Assembly (NCBI GenBank): GCA_051006935.1
Contig: JBPCSR010000172.1
Span: forward strand, 1-47,559
Source: Gaiellales bacterium
GTDB lineage: Bacteria > Actinomycetota > Thermoleophilia > Gaiellales > F1-60-MAGs149
Length of the DNA: 47,559 bases
Direction of reading: 5' to 3'
Both the position numbers and the translations under genes were made by a program. The notes under the pieces are model-generated. The model was given only the letters and a program-made list of their open reading frames with translations. It was not told where the DNA came from and made no database searches. Below are positions 9,584 to 17,910 of the stretch, piece by piece. Numbering within the stretch: the first letter of the stretch is position 1; each line of letters begins with the position of its first letter.

Positions 9584-10929
9584 GAGCGGATGACCCCCAG
9601 CACCTCGTCGCGGCGCTCGATCATCTCGGCCTCGCTCTGCGCCTCGAGGTTGAGGCGCAGGAGCGGCTCGGTGTTCGACGGGCGCACGTTGAAGCGCCAC
9701 GTGTCGTGCTCGATGGTGATCCCGTCGAGGTGCGAGATGCGCGCGCCGGGCCCGTAGCGGTCCTTCAGGTCCTGGAGCTTGAGCGCGACGTCGGGCACGG
9801 GGCTGTTGATCTCGCCGGTGATGAAGTACCGCTCCCGCAGCGGCCGGAGCAGCTCGTGCAGCGTCGTGCCGCTGCGCGAGACGAGCTGCAGCACGAGCAG
9901 GGCGGGGAGGATGCCCGTGTCGACCCCGTAGAACTCGCCGAAGTAGTAGTGCCCCGAGACCTCGCCGGCGAAGGTGCCGTGCTTCTCGCGAATCGCGACC
10001 TTGATGAAGGCGTGGCCCACGCGCGACACCTCGGGGACGCCGCCGCAGCGCGTGATCGTGTCGGGCACCGCCAGCGAGGCGCGGATGTCGTAGAGGATCG
10101 TGGCGCCCGGGTGGTGCTTGAGCACCTCCTCCGCGAGCAGCGCCGTCATGAAGTCGCCGTCGACGAACTCGCCCTCCTCGTCGATGAAGAAGCAGCGGTC
10201 GGCGTCGCCGTCCCAGGCGATCCCGATCGATCCCGGATGCGCCTTGACCTGCTCCACGATGAACGCGCGGTTCTCCTCGAGCAGCGGGTTCGGCTGGTGG
10301 TCGGGGAAGGCACCATCGGGCTCGAGGAAGCACTCGACGGCCTCGACCGGCAGGCGCTCGAGGATCGGGCCGAGCATCGTGCCGGCCATGCCGCTGCCGC
10401 CGTCGAGGACGACCTTGAGCGGCTTGATCGACGCGAGGTCGATCAGCGAGAGCATCTTCTCGGCGTACCCGGGCAGCACGTCCAGGGGGGTCGCCGTGCC
10501 GGGGGTCGCCACCGGGGGCAGCGGGTCGTCGCCGAGCGCCATCTTCTTGACCTCGTTGAGGCCCGACGCGCTGCCGACGGGCTGGGCCTCGGCGCGGACG
10601 ATCTTCATGCCGTTGTACTCGGCGGGATTGTGCGAGGCGGTGACGATCAGCCCGCCGTCGAGCCCGCCGTCGGCGACGGCGAAGTACAGCATCTCCGTCC
10701 CGATCTGCCCGAGCACGGAGACGTCGGCCCCGCCGTCGGTCGCCCCGCGCACCGCGGCCTCGGCCAGCGCCGGCGACGACAGGCGCATGTCGTGCCCGAT
10801 CGCGATGCGCTTGGCGCGGAACACCTCCACGTAGGCGCGGGCGACGCGGTACGCGCCCTCGGGATCGAACTGGTCCGGGACGATGCCGCGGACGTCGTAG
10901 GCCTTGAAGATGGCGGGATCGAGCGTCAT
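9580..10929 (-). CDS. Phosphomannomutase/phosphoglucomutase
   Basis: 449 aa. Starts MTLDPAIFKAYDVRG; active-site serine loop TASHNPAEYNGMK; Mg loop AWDGDADR. The start overlaps the HIT gene stop (ATGA). Confidence 0.9.
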   Translation of the reverse strand: MTLDPAIFKAYDVRGIVPDQFDPEGAYRVARAYVEVFRAKRIAIGHDMRLSSPALAEAAVRGATDGGADVSVLGQIGTEMLYFAVADGGLDGGLIVTASHNPAEYNGMKIVRAEAQPVGSASGLNEVKKMALGDDPLPPVATPGTATPLDVLPGYAEKMLSLIDLASIKPLKVVLDGGSGMAGTMLGPILERLPVEAVECFLEPDGAFPDHQPNPLLEENRAFIVEQVKAHPGSIGIAWDGDADRCFFIDEEGEFVDGDFMTALLAEEVLKHHPGATILYDIRASLAVPDTITRCGGVPEVSRVGHAFIKVAIREKHGTFAGEVSGHYYFGEFYGVDTGILPALLVLQLVSRSGTTLHELLRPLRERYFITGEINSPVPDVALKLQDLKDRYGPGARISHLDGITIEHDTWRFNVRPSNTEPLLRLNLEAQSEAEMIERRDEVLGVIRS

Positions 10930-11423
10930 GGGGCAGAGGGTACCCATGCGTCGCGCAGGAGACGCCAGGTCTCGTCGAGGTGCTGCGGCATCACGCGCGT
11001 GTCGGCGAGGACGGGCATGAAGTTCGTGTCGCCGTTCCAGCGCGGCACGACGTGGAGGTGGAGGTGCCCCTCGATGCCCGCGCCGGCGCTGCGGCCGAGG
11101 TTGAGGCCCGCGTTGGCGCCGTGCGGCTGGAACGTGCGGTCGAGCACGTCGAGGGAGCGGTCGAGGAGGTCCCACAGCTCGGCGCGCTCGGCCGCGTCGA
11201 GGTCGCTGGGCGCGGCGAGGTGGCGGTACGGCGCGACCATCAGGTGCCCGTTGGCGTACGGGTAGAGGTTGAGCAGGACGAAGCACGTCTCGCCGCGGTG
11301 GAGGATCAGCGCGGCGCGATCGTCCTCCTGCTGGGGCGCGGCGCAGAAGATGCACTCGAGCGGATCGTGCCCCGACGCGCTCTTGACGAACTCGAGGCGC
11401 CACGGTGCCCACAGCCGCTCCAT
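10926..11423 (-). CDS. HIT-family nucleotide hydrolase/phosphorylase
   Basis: 165 aa. Histidine triad HLHLHVVPR and a GalT/Ap4A-phosphorylase-like N-terminus (CIFC). Confidence 0.8.
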   Translation of the reverse strand: MERLWAPWRLEFVKSASGHDPLECIFCAAPQQEDDRAALILHRGETCFVLLNLYPYANGHLMVAPYRHLAAPSDLDAAERAELWDLLDRSLDVLDRTFQPHGANAGLNLGRSAGAGIEGHLHLHVVPRWNGDTNFMPVLADTRVMPQHLDETWRLLRDAWVPSAP

Positions 11424-11429
11424 GCCCGC

Positions 11430-11435
11430 AGCGTA
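11430..11435 (-). promoter_or_regulatory. -10-like hexamer TACGCT, 6 nt upstream of the HIT ATG (leaderless-type)
   Basis: Minus strand reads TACGCT-gcgggc-ATG. Confidence 0.5.
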
Positions 11436-11456
11436 CCCGGGCGCTGGCGGGCGCGG

Positions 11457-11462
11457 TAGGCT
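11457..11462 (+). promoter_or_regulatory. -10-like hexamer TAGGCT, 6 nt upstream of the Nudix GTG (leaderless-type)
   Basis: TAGGCT-cggggc-GTG. It sits back-to-back with the HIT promoter in a 45-bp divergent gap. Confidence 0.5.
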
Positions 11463-11468
11463 CGGGGC

Positions 11469-12047
11469 GTGGCGCCCGTCCCCGACATCGCCGAGGTGGC
11501 CGCGGCGCTCGCGCCGACGCTCGGCCGCCATCCCGACGACGCGACCGCGAGCGTCATGGTGTGCCTGCGCGAGGGACCCCGCGGCACCGAGCTCCTGCTC
11601 TGCCGGCGCGCCACGCGCGAGGGCGATCCCTGGTCGGGGCACGTGGGGCTCCCGGGCGGCGGGGTCGAGGAGCACGACGCGGACGCGCTCGCGGCGGCGG
11701 CGCGCGAGACGCTCGAGGAGGTCGGCTTCGACCCGCTCCGCCATGGCACCGTGCTCGGCATGCTCGAGCCGCTGCGGCCGCGCACGTTCCCGATCACGAT
11801 CGCGGCGTACGTGGCGCACGTGACGGAGCCCGTTGAGCTCGTGCTGTCCGAGGAGATCGCGATGGCGTGGTGGACGCCGTTCGCCGACCTCGCGTGGGTC
11901 TCGGCCGAGGTGCCGGAGGCGCCCACGCGGGTCTCCGCCTACCGCCTGCCGCACGCCGAGGCCCAGGACGTGGTGCTCTGGGGCATCACGTACCGGCTGC
12001 TCGACCGCCTGTTCCGGGCCACCGGCGGCGTTCCCTCCCCGGAGTAG
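11469..12047 (+). CDS. Nudix hydrolase (CoA-pyrophosphatase-like)
   Basis: Nudix box GLPGGGVEEHDADALAAAARETLEEVGF, preceded by an LLLCRRA...G pattern as in the NudL/Nudt7 type. Confidence 0.75.
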   Translation: MAPVPDIAEVAAALAPTLGRHPDDATASVMVCLREGPRGTELLLCRRATREGDPWSGHVGLPGGGVEEHDADALAAAARETLEEVGFDPLRHGTVLGMLEPLRPRTFPITIAAYVAHVTEPVELVLSEEIAMAWWTPFADLAWVSAEVPEAPTRVSAYRLPHAEAQDVVLWGITYRLLDRLFRATGGVPSPE

Positions 12048-12050
12048 AAT
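12045..12050 (+). promoter_or_regulatory. -10-like hexamer TAGAAT overlapping the Nudix stop codon, 6 nt upstream of the TPR gene ATG
   Basis: TAGAAT-cgggcg-ATG. The TAG is the Nudix stop. Confidence 0.5.
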
Positions 12051-12056
12051 CGGGCG

Positions 12057-12413
12057 ATGGAGCTGTACGACCTCTACGCGCAGGGTCGCTCGCACCTGGC
12101 GGCGGGGGAGTACCTGGCGGCGATCCCGCCGCTCGAGGAGGCGCGCAACATCTCGCCGGCGCAGGGATCGATCCGCGAGTCGCTCGCCGTCGCGTACCTG
12201 CGCGCGCATCGCTACCGCGACGCGCTGCCCGAGGCGCAGGCCGCCGTGGACTGCGCGCCGAACGACCACTACGCCTACTTCCTGCTGGGGCGGGCGCACC
12301 AGGGGCTGGGCGACCTCGTCGCCGCGCGGGCGCAGTACAAGCTCGCCAACTGGCTGCGTCCCGGCGACTCGGCGTACGAGGCGGCCCTCGCGGCCGTGGC
12401 ATCCGCCGCCTGA
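12057..12413 (+). CDS. Small tetratricopeptide-repeat protein
   Basis: 118 aa with about three TPR-like helix pairs (AAGEYLAAIPPLEEA..., AYLRAHRYRDALPEAQAAV..., LLGRAHQGLGDLVAARAQY). Confidence 0.6.
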   Translation: MELYDLYAQGRSHLAAGEYLAAIPPLEEARNISPAQGSIRESLAVAYLRAHRYRDALPEAQAAVDCAPNDHYAYFLLGRAHQGLGDLVAARAQYKLANWLRPGDSAYEAALAAVASAA

Positions 12414-12433
12414 CGCCGACGCGACCGCTGCGC

Positions 12434-12439
12434 TAGAGT
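12434..12439 (+). promoter_or_regulatory. -10-like hexamer TAGAGT, 7 nt upstream of the tetR ATG (leaderless-type)
   Basis: TAGAGT-ccggcgg-ATG. Confidence 0.5.
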
Positions 12440-12446
12440 CCGGCGG

Positions 12447-13076
12447 ATGACTGACTCTGCAGTCAGGGAGCCGGAGGCGCTGGCGAGCGACGAGGACCGC
12501 CGCTCGCAGATCCTCGATTGCACCTGCCGCGTGATCGCGCGCGACGGCGCCGACGGCCTGCGCATGGCGGCCGTGGCGCGCGAGGCCGACGTCTCGAGCG
12601 CGCTGCTGCACTACTACTTCGCCACGCGCGAGGACCTGATCCGCCTCGCCTTCGAGCACCATGACCGGCGCGAGACCGCCCGGTCCGCGCAGCGCCTGGC
12701 GGACATCGCCGACCCGGTCGAGCGCATCCGCGATGTGCTGGCGCAAGAGCTCTCCGAGGACGAGGGCGTCCGCGAGGGCTGGGTGCTGTGGAGCGAGATG
12801 GAGCGCAGCGCGATCTTCCGCGAGGACTCGCGCGCCTCGGTCGCCGCCCGTGCGGGTCGCTGGGTCGGCCTGCTGGCCGCCCTGATCACGGAGGCGAAGG
12901 ACGCCGACCGCGTGCCCGCCGAGGTCGATTCGCCCTCGGCCGCGCTGCGCCTGACGGCGCTGATCGACGGTCTCGGCATCCACGTGCTGATCGGACGGCT
13001 GCCGCGCGAGCAGGCGCTCGCCGAGCTCGAGGTGGCGATGCGCGAGATCCTGCACCTGGACGCGACGGGCGGCTGA
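12447..13076 (+). CDS. TetR-family transcriptional regulator
   Basis: 209 aa. N-terminal HTH RSQILDCTCRVIARDGADGLRMAAVAREADVSSALLHYYFATREDL. Confidence 0.85.
   Translation: MTDSAVREPEALASDEDRRSQILDCTCRVIARDGADGLRMAAVAREADVSSALLHYYFATREDLIRLAFEHHDRRETARSAQRLADIADPVERIRDVLAQELSEDEGVREGWVLWSEMERSAIFREDSRASVAARAGRWVGLLAALITEAKDADRVPAEVDSPSAALRLTALIDGLGIHVLIGRLPREQALAELEVAMREILHLDATGG
12451..12466 (+). promoter_or_regulatory. Candidate TetR operator: inverted repeat CTGACT-CTGC-AGTCAG inside codons 2-7 of tetR
   Basis: Perfect 6+4+6 palindrome at +5 to +20 of the putative leaderless transcript, built from rare codons (ACT, TCT, GCA, AGG). It overlaps a second repeat, AGAGTC(12436-41)/GACTCT(12454-59). 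Confidence 0.45.
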
Positions 13077-13077
13077 C

Positions 13078-14328
13078 GTGAGCGCCACGCGACGGCGCGC
13101 GAAGACGACCCGGCCGGGCGGTGCGCGCCTGACGCTGCACGCGAAGGCGTACGCCGACCCCGCGATCTTCGAGCGGGAGCGACGCGAGGTGTTCGCGCGC
13201 GCCTGGATGATCGTCGGCCACGTCGCCGAGGTCGCGGCGCCGGGCGACTTCGCCGCCGGCGAGATCGGCGGCGAGCCGGTCGTGGCCGTGCGCGGCGAGG
13301 ACGGCGTGCTGCGGGCGTTCTCGAACGTGTGCCGCCATCGCGCGGCGCGCCTCGCCAGCGGCAGCGGCTCCTGCGGCAAGGTTCTGCGCTGCCCGTACCA
13401 CGGCTGGACGTACCGCCTCGACGGCACGCTGGCGGCGATGCCCGAGGGGCGCGGCTTCGGCGAGGACTTCGATCGCGACGATGTGCGCCTGCCCGAGTTC
13501 GCCGTCGCCGAGCTCGGCGGCCTCGTCTTCGTGAACATGGATCCGGCCGCCGTGCCGATCCGCAAGTGGTTCGGCGAGGAGCTCTGCGTGCGCCTCGAGT
13601 CGCTCGGCATCGAGCGTCTCGTGCCCAGCACGACGCGTGACTGGCAGCCGCGTGAGATCCTGCGCGGCCTGCCCGACGTGCTGCGCACCCGGCGCGCCGG
13701 CGACGCCCGCGCGCTGATCCCGGAGGCCCGCACGGCGCGGCTCTACGACACCTACGCGCACAACTGGAAGACGCTCTCCGACAACTACCTCGAGGGCTAT
13801 CACGTGCCGATCGGGCACCCCGGCCTGCTGCGCCTGCTCGACTACCCGCGCTACCGGGCCACGCTCTACGAGCGCGGGGCCTGGATCGACGGTCCGCTGC
13901 GCGACAACCCGTCGCGCGACCTCCTCGAGAACCTCTACCAGCGCCTGCACCGGCCGATGCGCGGCTTCCCGGAGGAGCTCGCCGGGCAGTGGACGTACCT
14001 CCACCTGTGGCCCGGCCAGTTCGTCGACGTCTATCCCGAGTCGATCGACACTTGGCAGATGCAGCCGCTCGCGCCGCTGGAGACCCGCACGCTCCAGATC
14101 ATCTTCCGCTCGCCCGACGAGACGCTGCGCGACCGCGCGGTGCGGCGCATCAACCTGCACCTCAATGGCGAGGTGATGGACGAGGACGTGGAGCTGTGCG
14201 ACGGCGTCCAGGCGGGGCTCGGGTCCCTCACGTACACGCGCGGGGTGCTGAACGACAACGAGAACGCGATCGGGCACTTCCACGATCTCCTGCGCGCGGC
14301 CGTGCCGGGCATCGATGACCCGGCCTAG
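13078..14328 (+). CDS. Rieske [2Fe-2S] aromatic-ring-hydroxylating oxygenase alpha subunit (choline-monooxygenase/GbcA/CntA-like)
   Basis: 416 aa. Rieske motif CRHRAARL...CPYHGWTY; mononuclear iron motif NWKTLSDNYLEGYHVPIGH. GTG start 1 nt after the tetR stop. Confidence 0.85.
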   Translation: MSATRRRAKTTRPGGARLTLHAKAYADPAIFERERREVFARAWMIVGHVAEVAAPGDFAAGEIGGEPVVAVRGEDGVLRAFSNVCRHRAARLASGSGSCGKVLRCPYHGWTYRLDGTLAAMPEGRGFGEDFDRDDVRLPEFAVAELGGLVFVNMDPAAVPIRKWFGEELCVRLESLGIERLVPSTTRDWQPREILRGLPDVLRTRRAGDARALIPEARTARLYDTYAHNWKTLSDNYLEGYHVPIGHPGLLRLLDYPRYRATLYERGAWIDGPLRDNPSRDLLENLYQRLHRPMRGFPEELAGQWTYLHLWPGQFVDVYPESIDTWQMQPLAPLETRTLQIIFRSPDETLRDRAVRRINLHLNGEVMDEDVELCDGVQAGLGSLTYTRGVLNDNENAIGHFHDLLRAAVPGIDDPA

Positions 14329-14674
14329 GTACGGGCGCCACGACTGGCTCGGTCTCACGCCGGAGGTGGAGCGCTTCGGCCCGCTGCTCGTGGCGCGCAT
14401 CGCGGGTGCGCTCGGGGAGCCCGAGGACGCCCTCGGCGAGGAGCGCATCGCCGAGCTGATCCGCACGGGCGACGCCGCCGCGTGGCTCGCGTACCTCGCC
14501 GCGCTGACCGCCCTCGTCGAGCGCGGCACGGCCGCCGGCGTGGCGCCGCTCGAGGCGACGATTCTCGCGGAGATCCTCCGCGACCAGTACCGTCTCGCCC
14601 CGGGCGTGCTCCACCTCGATCCCGAGGATGCGGCACGCTCCCGCCAGCTGGAAGACCTCTTGGAGAACCGTTGA
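14315..14674 (+). CDS. Hypothetical protein (119 aa, Cys-free, predicted helical)
   Basis: High third-position GC. Overlaps the Rieske gene end by 14 nt, and its stop overlaps the next gene's TTG (TTGA). No motif recognised. Confidence 0.55.
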   Translation: MTRPRYGRHDWLGLTPEVERFGPLLVARIAGALGEPEDALGEERIAELIRTGDAAAWLAYLAALTALVERGTAAGVAPLEATILAEILRDQYRLAPGVLHLDPEDAARSRQLEDLLENR

Positions 14675-16707
14675 CCGACGCCCTGCGCACCGACCTCGCC
14701 CCGCTGCTGGACATCCGCCGGGCCGCCGTCGTGGGCGCCTCCGAGCGTGGGCCTGGCTACACGCTGCTCCGCAACCTCAGCACGCACGGCGGCGAGGTGA
14801 TCGGCGTCCACCCGACGCGCGACGAGGCCGCCGGCCATCGCTGCGTCCCCAGCATCCACGACGTGCCGTTCGCGCCCGACGTCGTGGCGATCGCGCTGGG
14901 CCCGCGCACGATCGTCCCGGCCCTCGACGAGGCGCTGGCGGCGGGGCATCGCGTGTTCACGATTCCCGGCCTCGGTGCCGAGGCGGCCGGCGAGGAGGGC
15001 GACGCGGCGCGCGCCGTCGTGCGCGAGCGCCTCGTGGCGGCCGACGCCGTGTGCGTCGGCATCAACTGCATGGGCATCGCCGTGCCCGAGCGCCCGTCGC
15101 CCTGGATGGGCACGATCTGCCCGGGCTTTCGCGATGGTGGCGTGGCGGCGATCGTCGGCTCCGGCTCGATCGGCGAGGCCGTGCTCGCGCTCGGCCCGCG
15201 CGTCGGGTTCCGCAGCGTCGTCTCGATCGGCTCCGAGACGAGCCGCGACGCGGCCGACTGGCTCGCGTTCCACGTCGAGGACGAGCGTACGCGGGCGATC
15301 GGCCTGTTCCTGGAGGCGGTGCGGCGCCCCGACGCGTTCCGCGGCGCGCTCGAGCGCGCGTCCGACGCCGGCAAGCCGGTCGTGATCCTGAAGGTCGGTC
15401 GCTCGGAGGTGGCGGCGCGCAACGCGATGGCCCACACCGGCGCCATCGTCGGCTCCGATCGCGCCTTCGACGCGCTCTGCCGCTCGTACGGCGCGATCCG
15501 CGTCGACGACTACGGCGATTGGCTCGAGCAGCTCGAGGTGCTCGGCACGCCGCGGCGGCCGAAGGGCCTGCGCACGGTGCTGCTGACGAACTCGGGCGGC
15601 GAGGCCGAGCTCGTCGCCGACGTCGCCGATGCGGCCGGGATGCCGCTGATGACGCTGCCGGACGACCTGGCGGCCGAGATCGACGCCGCCTGGCCCTTCC
15701 ACGGCGTCCACAACCCGATCGACTACTGGGCCTTCGGCGAGCCGGCGGAGATCGTCCGCGACGTCGTCGCGCGCTGCGCGCGCCATCCCGCGGTCGACAA
15801 CGTCGTGATCAACATCGACCAGTCGTGGCGCTTCTCCAACGGCGAGCGCGACAACGCCGAGGACGCCTGCGCGGTGATGGCCGACGCCGCGCTCGCGCAC
15901 GACGCCTTCTGCGCCGTGCTCTCCACGGCCGTGTCCGACCCGTCCGATGACGCCATTCTCAACGCCGCGCGCGGCGGTGTGCCGGTGCTGATCGGCGCTG
16001 GCATGGGCATGCGCGCGATCGCGCGGGCCGCGCGCTGGACGCCGACGCGCCCGGAGTCGCCCGCCGCGTGGGAGCGGCCCTCGTGCCCCGAGCTCGAGCG
16101 CGAGGCCGGGCACCTGGCCGAAGCAGACGCGAAGGCCGTTCTCGCGCGCTACGGCGTGCGGGCGCCGCGCGAGATCCGCGCCGCGGACTCCGCGGCGGCG
16201 CGCGCCGCCGCCGAGGAGATCAACGCCACCGTCGTCGTCAAGGTCGACGGCCCCGCCCACAAGGAGAAGCACGGCGGCGTGATCCTCGGCTGCACCGATC
16301 CCGACCGCGCGGCGGCGGCCGCGGAGCGGATCGGCGCGCCGGTGCTGGTGTGCGAGGAGATCCGCGGTGGCGCTGAGGTCCTCTGCGGACTCGTGCGCGA
16401 CCCGCTGTACGGCCCCATCGTGGTCGTCGGCGTCGGCGGCGCGTGGGCCGAGGCGGTCGGGGAGACGGCGCGTGCCGCGCTCGGGCCGATCTCGCAGGGC
16501 GATGCCGAGCGCCTCGTGCGCTCCGTCGGTCCGCTCGCGCACCGCCTGTCCGACGACGAGATCGGCATCGTGGCCGACACGCTCGTCGCCCTCGGCCGCG
16601 TGGCGCACGACTTCCCGCGCGTGGTCGAGATCGACGTCAACCCGCTCGTGATCCGCGATGGCGCCGGTGTCGCGCTGGACGGGCTGATCGTGCTCGGCGA
16701 CGGCTGA
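14671..16707 (+). CDS. NDP-forming acyl-CoA synthetase (fused CoA-binding/ligase + ATP-grasp), paralogue 1
   Basis: About 678 aa. CoA-binding start RAAVVGASERG, phosphohistidine loop NAMAHTGAIVG, C-terminal ATP-grasp (VVVKVDGPAHKEKHGGV). TTG start with GGAGAA 4-9 nt upstream. The ORF-track start at 14482 is rejected because it overlaps the previous gene. Confidence 0.8.
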   Translation: MTDALRTDLAPLLDIRRAAVVGASERGPGYTLLRNLSTHGGEVIGVHPTRDEAAGHRCVPSIHDVPFAPDVVAIALGPRTIVPALDEALAAGHRVFTIPGLGAEAAGEEGDAARAVVRERLVAADAVCVGINCMGIAVPERPSPWMGTICPGFRDGGVAAIVGSGSIGEAVLALGPRVGFRSVVSIGSETSRDAADWLAFHVEDERTRAIGLFLEAVRRPDAFRGALERASDAGKPVVILKVGRSEVAARNAMAHTGAIVGSDRAFDALCRSYGAIRVDDYGDWLEQLEVLGTPRRPKGLRTVLLTNSGGEAELVADVADAAGMPLMTLPDDLAAEIDAAWPFHGVHNPIDYWAFGEPAEIVRDVVARCARHPAVDNVVINIDQSWRFSNGERDNAEDACAVMADAALAHDAFCAVLSTAVSDPSDDAILNAARGGVPVLIGAGMGMRAIARAARWTPTRPESPAAWERPSCPELEREAGHLAEADAKAVLARYGVRAPREIRAADSAAARAAAEEINATVVVKVDGPAHKEKHGGVILGCTDPDRAAAAAERIGAPVLVCEEIRGGAEVLCGLVRDPLYGPIVVVGVGGAWAEAVGETARAALGPISQGDAERLVRSVGPLAHRLSDDEIGIVADTLVALGRVAHDFPRVVEIDVNPLVIRDGAGVALDGLIVLGDG

Positions 16708-16716
16708 GCGGAGCGC

Positions 16717-17910
16717 ATGGACTTCTCGCTGACCCCCGAGCAGCAGGATCTGCGGGACCGCGCCCGCCGGTTCGCCGACGCGCTGCTCCCGCACGAGGTG
16801 GCCGCCGAGGAGGCGGGTGGACGCGTGCCCGACGACGTCAAGGCCGAGATCCGCGTCCTCGCGCGCGAGCTTCGGCTGGTCGGCGGCAACCACGCGCCCG
16901 AGCACGGCGGGCAGGGCTGGTCGATGCTCGAGCACGTGCTCGTGCACGAGCAGCTCGGCCGCGTGACCAACGGCCTCTGGTGGCTGATGGGCGGCGCCTA
17001 CAACGTGCTCGCGCTGGGCACGCCCGAGCAGATCGAGACGCATCTCCGGCCCACGCTGGCCGGTGAGCGCGCCGACGCCTACGCCGTCACCGAGCGCGAC
17101 GCCGGCTCCGACGCCACGGGCATCAAGGCGATCGCCGAGCGGGTGGACGGCGGCTTCCGGATCCGCGGCGAGAAGTGGTTCGTGACGAGCGGCGATCACG
17201 CCGACTACCTGATCGTGATGGCGAACGTCCTCGAGGGAGGCGCCTTCCTGCCGACCCTCTTCCTCGTCGACCTGCCCCGCGACGGCGTCGAGATCGTGGA
17301 CGACCCCGGTTTCACGCACGTCTTCCCCGACGGGCACCCGACCTACCGGCTGGACTGCGTCGTGCCCGAGTCGGCGGTGCTCGGCGGCCCCGACCAGGTC
17401 GGGCAGGGCGCCGCGGGGCAGCACGCGTGGTTCGTCGAGGAGCGCATCCATATCGCCGCGCGCTGCGTCGGCGCGATGCAGCGCCTGCTCGACGAGGCGG
17501 TCGGCTGGGCCACCGAGCGCCGGCAGTTCGGCCAGCCGATCATGGACTTCCAGGGTGTGAGCTTCCCGCTCGCCGACTCCGCGGCCGATTGCGTCGCCGC
17601 GCGCCTCCTCACCTACCAGTGCGCGCAGATGGCGGACGATGGAGCGCCCCCGAAGCTCGTGCACGCGCGTGCGGCCATGGCCAAGCTGTTCGCCAGCGAG
17701 CGCGCGTGGGTGTGCGCCGACCGCGCGGTGCAGACGTGGGGCGGGCGCGGCTACATGCGACGCAACGCGGCCGAGCGGCTGCTGCGCGAGCTGCGCGTGG
17801 ATCGCATCTGGGAGGGGACGTCGGAGATCCAGCGCCTGATCGTCGCCAACGCGCTCGTCAAGCGCGGCGTGCCGGCCACGCTGGCCGTGGACGCGGAGGC
17901 GTGGACGTGA
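16717..17910 (+). CDS. Acyl-CoA dehydrogenase
   Basis: 397 aa with typical ACAD layout (...YAVTERDAGSD..., KWFVTSG, C-terminal RIWEGTSEIQRLIVA). GGAG lies 4 nt before the ATG. Confidence 0.88.
   Translation: MDFSLTPEQQDLRDRARRFADALLPHEVAAEEAGGRVPDDVKAEIRVLARELRLVGGNHAPEHGGQGWSMLEHVLVHEQLGRVTNGLWWLMGGAYNVLALGTPEQIETHLRPTLAGERADAYAVTERDAGSDATGIKAIAERVDGGFRIRGEKWFVTSGDHADYLIVMANVLEGGAFLPTLFLVDLPRDGVEIVDDPGFTHVFPDGHPTYRLDCVVPESAVLGGPDQVGQGAAGQHAWFVEERIHIAARCVGAMQRLLDEAVGWATERRQFGQPIMDFQGVSFPLADSAADCVAARLLTYQCAQMADDGAPPKLVHARAAMAKLFASERAWVCADRAVQTWGGRGYMRRNAAERLLRELRVDRIWEGTSEIQRLIVANALVKRGVPATLAVDAEAWT

Noticed and set aside
12886-17664. 1592-aa minus-strand ORF, the longest in the track. Similar giants occur at 2622-6545 (-), 5411-9229 (+), 10926-13733 (-), 22711-25146 (-), 35184-37724 (-) and 42277-45615 (-).
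   Set aside because: They run antisense or out of frame across several independently recognisable genes. They have Arg/Ala/Gly/Pro/Asp-dominated compositions with no motifs. In such GC-rich DNA, stop codons are rare in off-frames. Only the C-terminal parts of some of them (PH-domain protein, HIT, deacetylase) are real genes, and those are reported with shortened coordinates.
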